Made by a program: the position numbers and the translations under genes
From: a virus
Taxonomy: Duplodnaviria; Caudoviricetes
Strand: one strand, 5' to 3'
Virus record (IMG/VR): IMGVR_UViG_3300044627_003892
Length of the DNA stretch: 64,000 nucleotides
Notes under the pieces: generated by a model
What the model saw: the letters and a program-made list of their open reading frames with translations, nothing else
Databases searched by the model: none
What the model was told of the DNA's origin: nothing
Shown: positions 49,186-57,217 of the stretch, in pieces
Position numbering within the stretch: the stretch's first letter is position 1
Layout of the letters: every line of letters begins with the position of its first letter

Positions 49186-52023
49186 TTATATGTTTTCAAC
49201 GTAAATTTTGTTTTCCGCAGTAAATGTTCTAGCCGAAAATGTATATAAACTTTCACCTGCGTAGTCTATAGTTTGACTCACACCATTACAATCCACATAA
49301 TTTAAAGTTAAGTCAGGTGGTAATGTTTGACAATAAGTTGTTAACTGGAAATTATAACAACTTGTTGGTGTATAAGTCCCTAAGTCAATTAAATCAAATC
49401 CATCAGGTGATGCAGGACCTGATATCCATCTTGGTGGATAACTAGCATAAGATATAACCGTCATATAACCAATATCTGTGCGTGAACCTAAAGTTTGACT
49501 TACATAATTACCATTAATATTTCTATATTGAACTACCATACTTGAAACTGAGCAATTACCATCTTTTTGATTACCTATTACATACATTTTTAAAGGTTCT
49601 GCCGGTGATGGTGATGGAGTTATACTTAGAGTCGGTGTAACAGTCGGAGTTGGAGTTAATGTAGATGTGTTAGTAGGTGTTTGAGTAATAGTTGGTGTAG
49701 GAGTCAGAGTAGATGTTTTTGTTGGTGTTGGAGTTAATGTTGATGTTTTTGTTGGTGTTGGTGTCACTGTTTTTGTCGGTGTTGGGGTATTTGTTTCTGT
49801 GGGTGTTGGTGTTGTACCAATTGTCGCAGTTACGGATGGAGTTGGGGTATTTGTTGGTGTTAATGTTGGTGTAGGTGTTGGCAAGTTTGGAATTACACAT
49901 GTTAAAATTACAGTTTGGTCTTCTTCAATAAGATATAAATAAAAATTATTATAACAACAATTAGGTATTGTTGTATTATTTACTGTGAATGGAAATGTTT
50001 GATTTGAAGTAATTAAATATCTTGGGTTATCTTCTGAAACTTCATAATACAAATTAAATGTTTTATCCGCAAAAGTAGTTGAACTAAAAGTTAAATTATC
50101 TCCCGATACTATTATACAAATATCATTAATTAATCCATCTGAACAGTCAGGACATCCATAATCAAAAAGTAAAAACGGACTTTTTAAAATTTCAAAATTA
50201 TGTATAACTTCGGGATAACTTAATGGTTCTGTATACATTCTAAATTGTGAAATAGCACCATCAAACGTACCACCAAATGTTGGTTCAATTAAAATATTAG
50301 TAGTTAATGCCGATAATGAAGTTCCCGATAAAGTTTGATTTGGCATAACCTCAGGGTCTTGCATGTAAGTCAATCCTGTTAAGGTTGTTGGACATCCTGT
50401 AAAGGTTAAACTTTCTCTTAACCCTTGAGAACCACCACCCCATGATAAGTTAAAAGGAACACCTAATTGTTTTTCTTTTTCTGTGTTTAACGCTCTTGGA
50501 ATTACTTCTTCAAATCCATTAATAACATAAAATAATCTTCCGTTAATATAAATTTTTAAAACACCTAATCTATCTTCTCTCTCAATTAACCATCTTTCAT
50601 TTAGGTTAACTATTTCAACCTCTTCAGCAGGTGCCGAACCTTCATGAGTAATAGGTGGTTGAATAAGTAAGATACTATTATTTGATAAACTATCAACATA
50701 CTCTGTATCACTAATCAATCCTAATCCACCCCTGTAATATAAATCACAAGTATCAAAGTAAGTACTTCTTTCCCACACACAATCAACTAAAATCCAATGT
50801 TCTTTTGTTGTGTAATCTGAATTTAAATCTTCACAATAATCAAAAATTTGATTTGATGAACAATATTCTGTAATAGTATAACCTGTTTGATAAGTAATTC
50901 CTGTTGTTGGACAAGTCCCCGTTGTAATACATCCTCCTGTAAATGTTAATACTTTAACACAGACTTTTGGATTTTTAGGGTCACCAGATAATCTTAAAGA
51001 AAACGAATTTGACATTGAGTCGTATAACGGGTCTTTATCACTATTTGGGACTTGTGTGGTTGCATTACATCCACAGTTACAATCGGTATTATGTTGTGCT
51101 TTATAAACTAAAGGTTCGTATACCTCAACACATCTTGAATTGGTAACACCCGTGTTTGAACACGCACAAGTTTCTAAACATCCTGATAAAACTGAAGTTA
51201 CTCTTGTATATCCACTATCTGAAGATGGTGAACCTGAGTCATGATGATAAAATTTATTTTCAGCTCTAGCTCCAAAATAAAAAAATGTGTTATCGTTTTC
51301 AGGATAAGTTAAATTTAAAGTTGTTTGAAATGATGTCGGGGCAAATTCATCAACATATCTTGGTCTAATTAACATTTCAGCAGTCCAACCTTCATTAGTT
51401 CTGGTTGGGAATGTTTCGTAGTCATATCCAAACAATTTAAAAAACCCTTGGTAAAAACCGCCGTATAATTGATTATAATATGTTATAGTTAAACCTGATT
51501 TTGAAACCATATTATAAATGGTGTCTTTTGTATTACCCGAAAATCTTTCGTTTGGTGGATTAGTATAACCTGTTATTTGAAATAATTTTGTTCTTCTGTC
51601 AAAGTGATATCTATCCCACTTACTTGACCCAGTGAATAACCCCATCGTATAATTAATTGTTTCACCAGTCATCTGAGGAACTAAACCGTTATCTATACCT
51701 GTTAATCCTATATCACATAATGTAGATGCGGTTAAACAATTTAAATCTTGATTAAGTGGATTGTAGTTATTTAACGAAACTAAAGTATTACCTGATAAAA
51801 AATCACCATAGTTAATCGTTAGTTTTTGTGATGATAAAGGATTATTTAAATCAAAATAAATCGGTAATCTATTACCATCATTATAACCAATAAGATTAGT
51901 TGAAAATACAACTTCTTCATTATAATCTTTTTCATCTGATGCTAAACAAATGTCAAAAATTTTTGGGACGGGTTTAACATACCACTTTTTAAAATTGAAC
52001 TGATTTATATTCTGTTGAGCCAT
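49186..52023 (-). CDS. Virion protein with LamG/concanavalin-like core, Pro/Thr linker and C-terminal Cys-containing module
   Basis: GWTAEMLIRP, LKIYINGRL and FDGAISQFRMYTEPL are LamG-like. About 95 aa PT-rich tract. Preceded by TATTTAT. Confidence 0.6.
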   Translation of the reverse strand: MAQQNINQFNFKKWYVKPVPKIFDICLASDEKDYNEEVVFSTNLIGYNDGNRLPIYFDLNNPLSSQKLTINYGDFLSGNTLVSLNNYNPLNQDLNCLTASTLCDIGLTGIDNGLVPQMTGETINYTMGLFTGSSKWDRYHFDRRTKLFQITGYTNPPNERFSGNTKDTIYNMVSKSGLTITYYNQLYGGFYQGFFKLFGYDYETFPTRTNEGWTAEMLIRPRYVDEFAPTSFQTTLNLTYPENDNTFFYFGARAENKFYHHDSGSPSSDSGYTRVTSVLSGCLETCACSNTGVTNSRCVEVYEPLVYKAQHNTDCNCGCNATTQVPNSDKDPLYDSMSNSFSLRLSGDPKNPKVCVKVLTFTGGCITTGTCPTTGITYQTGYTITEYCSSNQIFDYCEDLNSDYTTKEHWILVDCVWERSTYFDTCDLYYRGGLGLISDTEYVDSLSNNSILLIQPPITHEGSAPAEEVEIVNLNERWLIEREDRLGVLKIYINGRLFYVINGFEEVIPRALNTEKEKQLGVPFNLSWGGGSQGLRESLTFTGCPTTLTGLTYMQDPEVMPNQTLSGTSLSALTTNILIEPTFGGTFDGAISQFRMYTEPLSYPEVIHNFEILKSPFLLFDYGCPDCSDGLINDICIIVSGDNLTFSSTTFADKTFNLYYEVSEDNPRYLITSNQTFPFTVNNTTIPNCCYNNFYLYLIEEDQTVILTCVIPNLPTPTPTLTPTNTPTPSVTATIGTTPTPTETNTPTPTKTVTPTPTKTSTLTPTPTKTSTLTPTPTITQTPTNTSTLTPTPTVTPTLSITPSPSPAEPLKMYVIGNQKDGNCSVSSMVVQYRNINGNYVSQTLGSRTDIGYMTVISYASYPPRWISGPASPDGFDLIDLGTYTPTSCYNFQLTTYCQTLPPDLTLNYVDCNGVSQTIDYAGESLYTFSARTFTAENKIYVENI
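49601..49890 (-). repeat. Degenerate Pro/Thr-coding tandem repeat
   Basis: Encodes PTPTPTLTPTNTPTP...TPTPTKTSTLTPTPTKTSTLTPTP. The 20-mer gatgtttttgttggtgttgg occurs at 49712 and 49742 (30-bp period). Confidence 0.9.
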
Positions 52024-52030
52024 TCTATTG

Positions 52031-52056
52031 ATAAATAGTTAAATCCAAGTATTTAT
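52031..52056. promoter_or_regulatory. Back-to-back TATTTAT motifs at a strand switch
   Basis: ATAAATA (52031-52037), 12 nt, TATTTAT (52050-52056). Each reads TATTTAT toward its own gene (52023 minus, 52071 plus). Confidence 0.65.
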
Positions 52057-52070
52057 ATGTAAAATACCAA

Positions 52071-52943
52071 ATGGAATTTAATAAAGAATATTTTTCGTCA
52101 CCTTATTACTTCTATATCAAAGAGGGTAAAGATACTATTTCCGTTTATTTTAGTGTTAGCAATACTTTAACTGAAGCTAGAAAAAAAGATGAAATTGTAA
52201 AATTTGATAAAAAAAATAAAAAAGAGGTTGAAAAAACAATTTCAAAAATTCAAAAAGAAAAAAAATTAAAGAATAATTCTGATGTTAAAAAAACTTTAAC
52301 AAAAAAGAAAGATGAACTTGGTGAATTGGTTGATTACGACGGTTCTTTTTTGAGTTCAAAAATTCCAATTCACAACCCTTACTTAGCACCAAAGAGTACA
52401 ATGGACCAAGAGGTTGTTGCAACAAGACAAACAAACAATCCTATTACTCGTGGATATCGTGTTTATTGGGGTGAAGGTGAAGAAGAAACAGATGAGGTAA
52501 TTAACGAAACTGACTTTTCCGATGCATTTGGTTATGAAGAAACAAAAGACAAAAATGGTCCTGAAACTTTTAAAACATTTGTTAAAGAATTAGGTTTAGA
52601 TAAAGATGAGGCCGCTGAAAGAACAAGACAACAAGGTAAAGAACCTGACGCTGAAAAACATAGAAGAAAATTAAATGCAGTACCTAAAAAAATCAAAAAA
52701 CAAAAAGGTTTTATTGATAGAATGACAATTTCAGAAAAATCGGAGCTCGAAAATATTAAAAAACAACAAGCAGTTGATATGGTTGAGGATATTGTTTTAG
52801 GTAAAAAAAGTTCGGACAAAGAGGTTGGTAAAAAGAAAAGTGGTGTTAGTAAATTATTAATGAAAAACTTAGAAAATATTAAAAAAATTGCTGAGAAAGA
52901 AGGTTTAGAATTAAATGATTTAATTAAAATATTAAAGAAATGA
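52071..52943 (+). CDS. Hypothetical Lys/Glu-rich protein
   Basis: 290 aa, follows the TATTTAT motif. No motif recognised. Confidence 0.7.
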   Translation: MEFNKEYFSSPYYFYIKEGKDTISVYFSVSNTLTEARKKDEIVKFDKKNKKEVEKTISKIQKEKKLKNNSDVKKTLTKKKDELGELVDYDGSFLSSKIPIHNPYLAPKSTMDQEVVATRQTNNPITRGYRVYWGEGEEETDEVINETDFSDAFGYEETKDKNGPETFKTFVKELGLDKDEAAERTRQQGKEPDAEKHRRKLNAVPKKIKKQKGFIDRMTISEKSELENIKKQQAVDMVEDIVLGKKSSDKEVGKKKSGVSKLLMKNLENIKKIAEKEGLELNDLIKILKK

Positions 52944-53350
52944 ACAACGAATTATACGGAAAAAAATATGAGATTCCTGAAAATGTTTTAAATTCTTTAG
53001 AAAATCATAAAGATGAAACCACTATAAAAAATATTTTTACTAATGGGTATCTTACATACCAAAACATGAAAAAAATTCTTCACGATATTGATAACAATAA
53101 GTTTCAGGGTAGAGATTTAAATTCATTAAAATCATTTATTACCCAAAATTTAGGTTCTGATAGAGGAAGTATTAATAGACAAAAAAGAGATGCTAGTGAT
53201 TCGGGTATGCAAAACCAATATTTATCGGCACACCAAAAAAATGACCCAAGAAATATAACAGATAAACCACATTCAAAATTATATGAAAATAATAAAGAAG
53301 TGGTTGAGAGTTTAAAAAGAATAAACGAAATAATGAGACAAATACTTTAA
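52940..53350 (+). CDS. Hypothetical protein
   Basis: 136 aa, ATGA overlap with the upstream gene. C-terminal EVVESLKRINEIM. Confidence 0.7.
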   Translation: MNNELYGKKYEIPENVLNSLENHKDETTIKNIFTNGYLTYQNMKKILHDIDNNKFQGRDLNSLKSFITQNLGSDRGSINRQKRDASDSGMQNQYLSAHQKNDPRNITDKPHSKLYENNKEVVESLKRINEIMRQIL

Positions 53351-53354
53351 AATT

Positions 53355-53651
53355 ATGGCAGCAGAAAAAGAACCAGTTGACACACAACAACCATCTAATA
53401 AGTTATCTGAAATTTCAGATAGAATTAGAAAAGATTTAATTACCAGAAATAACTATGGTGGTGATAAAAACATTTACGGAGCAACAAACAAAGATGCTAT
53501 CGGTGATGGTGACCTACAAGGTAAGGGTACAGGTAGTTTCTTAGACATCTATAATGGTGGTAACATCACAGATAATGTTGAAAGAAAGAGTGAAATTAAA
53601 ATAAACACATATCAACCAGGAAAAGAATACAATACTCCTCCTACGTCGTAA
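53355..53651 (+). CDS. Hypothetical protein
   Basis: 98 aa, Gly/Asn-rich, coupled to the WYL gene. Confidence 0.65.
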   Translation: MAAEKEPVDTQQPSNKLSEISDRIRKDLITRNNYGGDKNIYGATNKDAIGDGDLQGKGTGSFLDIYNGGNITDNVERKSEIKINTYQPGKEYNTPPTS

Positions 53652-54055
53652 TGAAACTTTACAATATTTTAAAAAAAGTTATTGTTGAAGCAAGTACTGA
53701 TGATATTACCTCTTCTATCAAAAATAAAAATTTGGTAACAATTTATTATGATGGAGATGATGATGGGAATTATACAGGAAAAGGTTTAAGAGTTATTGAA
53801 CCATTCTGTTACGGAACATCAAAAAAAGGTAATATGGTAATCAGAGCTTGGGACCGTGAAGGAGCTTCGTATACTGGTTCAAAAGGTGAACAACCTTTAC
53901 CAGGATGGAGGTTATTTAGAGTTGATAGAATAGGAAATTATTCTGTTAATCCTTTAGAAAATTTCACAGAACCAAGACCACTCTACAATCCTGATGATAA
54001 AGGTATGGTAGGACTAAAAATATGTGCAAAATTTGAATTAGAAGACAATGGATAG
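53651..54055 (+). CDS. Stand-alone WYL-domain protein
   Basis: IYYDG...GLRVIEPFCYG...VIRAWD...GWRLFRVDRI matches the WYL pattern Y..R.V.P..L...RxFRxDRI. No HTH. Confidence 0.75.
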   Translation: MKLYNILKKVIVEASTDDITSSIKNKNLVTIYYDGDDDGNYTGKGLRVIEPFCYGTSKKGNMVIRAWDREGASYTGSKGEQPLPGWRLFRVDRIGNYSVNPLENFTEPRPLYNPDDKGMVGLKICAKFELEDNG

Positions 54056-54632
54056 TTTAATGGAAAAATTAATGGTGTCTAAACAAATCATGGATAGACA
54101 TAACGATATGGACAGAGGTTCATTACCAAAATCAAATAGACCAAGTATGTCTGAGTCGTATTCTCGTGATGAATACGAAGAGAAACCAATACAATCAAGT
54201 TACAATATTCCTGAAGAATATTTATCTTCAGCACCCCCAACACCAAAATCACCACCTGTAGTAACTGAAGATAGAATTAAAAACTCTAAATTACCAGATG
54301 CTATTAAAAAATTAATGATTGAACATCCTATACAACAACCACAATCATACGCACCAACATTATCAAATGAGGTTATTGAAAAAGCTGCAAGATTAATGGG
54401 AAATAAACAACCTGTTTCTGAATCAACTCAACAACAACCAAGACAACAAAATACATCATTTAATTTATCCGCAGCTGATATAAAAAAAATTGTTAGAGAA
54501 ACTATTGAAGAAGTATTAAGTGAAAATGGATTAATGGTTGAGTCGACTCAAAAATCTAATGAATTAATGACTATTAAAGTTGGTAAACATGTTTTTGAAG
54601 GTAAAATCTCTAAAATTAAGAAAGTTCAATAA
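54048..54632 (+). CDS. Hypothetical Pro/Gln/Ser-rich protein
   Basis: 194 aa, low-complexity middle, last gene before a terminator. Confidence 0.7.
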   Translation: MDSLMEKLMVSKQIMDRHNDMDRGSLPKSNRPSMSESYSRDEYEEKPIQSSYNIPEEYLSSAPPTPKSPPVVTEDRIKNSKLPDAIKKLMIEHPIQQPQSYAPTLSNEVIEKAARLMGNKQPVSESTQQQPRQQNTSFNLSAADIKKIVRETIEEVLSENGLMVESTQKSNELMTIKVGKHVFEGKISKIKKVQ

Positions 54633-54655
54633 CCTTTAATTATTATAATTAAAAT

Positions 54656-54679
54656 AAGTCTCCGTTAGGGGACTTTTTT
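54656..54679 (+). terminator. Rho-independent terminator
   Basis: AAGTCTCC-GTTA-GGGGACTT (one U-G pair) followed by TTTT. Confidence 0.75.
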
Positions 54680-54690
54680 GTTTGTAAAGG

Positions 54691-54719
54691 TTGAATTATC
54701 CTATTATTTTATCTATCTT
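54691..54719 (+). promoter_or_regulatory. Promoter of the glycosylation locus
   Basis: TTGAAT-N17-TATCTT, with an in-frame ATG 7 nt after the -10 box. Confidence 0.55.
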
Positions 54720-54726
54720 TTTACTT

Positions 54727-55941
54727 ATGAATGCAAAAATTAAAGTTTTAGTTATCCCTTCTGACACAACAGGTGTTGGTAGATTTAGGTCAATAACACC
54801 TCACACACATCTACAATCGTTATATAATGATGATTTTCATATTGATATTGAATTTAATCCTGATTTAAATAACTTAAATTATTTTAAAGATTATCAAATT
54901 ATTCATTATCACCGTTCTCTTGGTCAAGATATGGATAGGTCGGTACAGGTTGTACCAATTCTTAATTCTTTAGGAATTATAACAATATGTGATTTAGACG
55001 ATTATTGGTTACCAGGCAATGAACACCCACTTCACCAGTTAATTATCCAAGAAAAAATACACGAAAAAATTGTTGCAAATTTAAAAGTTGCAAAATATGT
55101 AACTACAACTACTGAGTTATTTGCGGATGAAATAAGAAAACATAATAAAAATGTTGTAATTTTCCCAAATGCAATTGACCATAAAGAAGCTCAATTTAAT
55201 GAGCCCACTGAAGAATCTGACTTGGTGAGAGTTGGTTGGTTAGGTGGTTCATCACACTTACATGATTTGATGTTACTTGATGGCATGGTATCTAAACTTT
55301 CTGATATTCAGAAAAATTTACAATTTGTTGTTTGTGGTTTTGATACTCGTGGTATGATGACTGAAATTAACCAACAAACAGGGGAGAAAAAACAAAGACC
55401 AATTAAACCACACGAGACTGTATGGTACGATTACGAAAAAATATTTACAAACAATTATTCAATTGTTACTCCCGAATATAAAAAACATTTAGAATTATTT
55501 GTTCAAACACCTTATGAAAATGAACAAAACCAATCATATAGAAGAGTTTGGACAAAACCTGTCACATCTTACGCTCGTAATTATTCTAAATTTGACATAT
55601 CTTTGGCACCGATTAAACAACACATGTTTAACAAAGTAAAATCACAACTTAAAGTTATTGAGGCAGGTTTTTATAAGAAAGCGTTAATTGCAACTAACTA
55701 CGGACCGTATACAATTGATTTAAAACATTCATTAAAGAATGGTGAATTTACAGATGGAAACGCTCTTTTAGTCGATGACGTAAGAAATCATAGTGATTGG
55801 GCAAAATACATTAAAAAATTAGTCCAAAACCCAAACATGAGAATTGATATGGGAGAAAGACTATATGAACATGTTTCTAAACACTATAGTTTAGATGTAG
55901 TTACAAAAACAAGAGCAGAATTTTATAAATCAATCGTATGA
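54727..55941 (+). CDS. Glycosyltransferase, GT-B fold (GT4-like)
   Basis: CDLDDYW, FPNAID, VGWLGGSSH, DISLAP, KSQLKVIEAG, ALIAT. I prefer the ATG at 54727 to the TTG at 54691. Confidence 0.8.
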   Translation: MNAKIKVLVIPSDTTGVGRFRSITPHTHLQSLYNDDFHIDIEFNPDLNNLNYFKDYQIIHYHRSLGQDMDRSVQVVPILNSLGIITICDLDDYWLPGNEHPLHQLIIQEKIHEKIVANLKVAKYVTTTTELFADEIRKHNKNVVIFPNAIDHKEAQFNEPTEESDLVRVGWLGGSSHLHDLMLLDGMVSKLSDIQKNLQFVVCGFDTRGMMTEINQQTGEKKQRPIKPHETVWYDYEKIFTNNYSIVTPEYKKHLELFVQTPYENEQNQSYRRVWTKPVTSYARNYSKFDISLAPIKQHMFNKVKSQLKVIEAGFYKKALIATNYGPYTIDLKHSLKNGEFTDGNALLVDDVRNHSDWAKYIKKLVQNPNMRIDMGERLYEHVSKHYSLDVVTKTRAEFYKSIV

Positions 55942-56636
55942 TAAAGCACCCATTACACAAAATCTTATTTATTGACATTGAAACTGTTGGGGTTTCAAGT
56001 AATTATGAAAATTTCAAAAAGGATTATCCTGAACTTCATTTCCAATTTATTAATTATTTGGATTGGTTTAAAAAAAGGTTTCCTGAAGATAGTGAATTAA
56101 GTTTGGACGAAATATTTGTTAACAGAGCCGCTCTTGTTCCCGAATTTTCAAAGATTGTTTGTGTTTCAGTAGGATTTGTTGACCCAAAGGGTGATATTAA
56201 AAAACAAAGTTTCTTTAACTCAGACGAAAAAGTATTACTTAAAGACGCTAACACATTATTAAATCGTGTAGACAAGTTAGGATTTATTCTTTGCGGACAT
56301 AATCTTAAGAACTTTGATATTCCTGTATTAGCAAAAAGAATGTTAATAAATGGTATCTTACCATCATCAATACTTCCATCTTATGATACTAAACCGTGGG
56401 AAATTAAGGCAATAGATACAAAAGAAATTTGGCAGTACGGACAATTTGGTGCTATTAGTTCATTAGAATTAATGTGTGTATCACTTGGTATTGAAAGTCC
56501 TAAAAACATGGAAGTGACTGGTAATAAAGTTCATAACGCATTTTGGAATGAAAACAAATACCAAGAAATTCAAGACTATTGTGAAAAAGATGTTGAAGTA
56601 TTAATAAAAGTTTTAATAAAGTTAACAAACTTATGA
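55938..56636 (+). CDS. DEDDy 3'-5' exonuclease (PolB-exonuclease-like, stand-alone)
   Basis: FIDIET, GHNLKNFD, YCEKDV. Confidence 0.85.
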   Translation: MIKHPLHKILFIDIETVGVSSNYENFKKDYPELHFQFINYLDWFKKRFPEDSELSLDEIFVNRAALVPEFSKIVCVSVGFVDPKGDIKKQSFFNSDEKVLLKDANTLLNRVDKLGFILCGHNLKNFDIPVLAKRMLINGILPSSILPSYDTKPWEIKAIDTKEIWQYGQFGAISSLELMCVSLGIESPKNMEVTGNKVHNAFWNENKYQEIQDYCEKDVEVLIKVLIKLTNL

Positions 56637-57217
56637 GTAAAGAATTAGATTTTAAAGAAGAATTAGAGACATTACAAAATTTTTTAAAACAAATGTCCAA
56701 TCCTGACACAGATGAAAATGAATTATTAATTTCGGATGAAGAGTTATCAAATTTGAGTGAAGAAATGGAAAATATGATTTATAAAGTTGACCTTAACTAC
56801 TCTTCAAAAGAAGGAAGAATATTAAGTTACAATTATGAATCCGATAGTGGGTTTGACTTATATTCTATTGAACAAATCACTATACCTGCCTTTGGTAGAG
56901 CTTTAGTTCCAACAGGTATTGTTTTAGATATCCCTGAAGGATTTGAGGTACAGATAAGGTCTAAAAGTGGTTTAGCTCTTAATCAGGGATTAATGGTGTT
57001 AAATAGTCCTGGAACAATTGACCAAGGGTACATTGGTGAAATTAAAGTAATAATCTTTAACACTAATAACCATTCAGTAATAATTGAACGAGGTATGAAA
57101 GTTGCTCAAGCTGTTTTAGCAAATGTCGTTAGTGGAAAATTTGTAACATTAAATAAAATTGAAAATGTGGACCAAAAAGAAAGAGGTTCTAATGGTTTTG
57201 GAAGTACAGGAATATGA
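56633..57217 (+). CDS. dut: Trimeric dUTPase with acidic N-terminal extension
   Basis: DSGFDL, RSKSGLA, PGTIDQGYIGEI, AQAV, RGSNGFGSTG. Confidence 0.93.
   Translation: MSKELDFKEELETLQNFLKQMSNPDTDENELLISDEELSNLSEEMENMIYKVDLNYSSKEGRILSYNYESDSGFDLYSIEQITIPAFGRALVPTGIVLDIPEGFEVQIRSKSGLALNQGLMVLNSPGTIDQGYIGEIKVIIFNTNNHSVIIERGMKVAQAVLANVVSGKFVTLNKIENVDQKERGSNGFGSTGI

Noticed and set aside
49601-49890. Repeat tract as CRISPR or DGR template
   Set aside because: It is an in-frame Pro/Thr coding repeat with no spacers, and no reverse transcriptase is present in the window.
54691-54726. TTG start of the first glycosyltransferase
   Set aside because: This TTG is the -35 box of the promoter. The ATG at 54727 is preferred.
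2596-56709. Short ORF-track entries overlapping long genes (e.g. 2596, 4761, 6788, 12779, 14483, 14762, 19019, 24851, 30439, 33937, 38525, 49670, 52532)
   Set aside because: They are antisense or alternate-frame shadows of well-supported genes, with no motifs or upstream signals.
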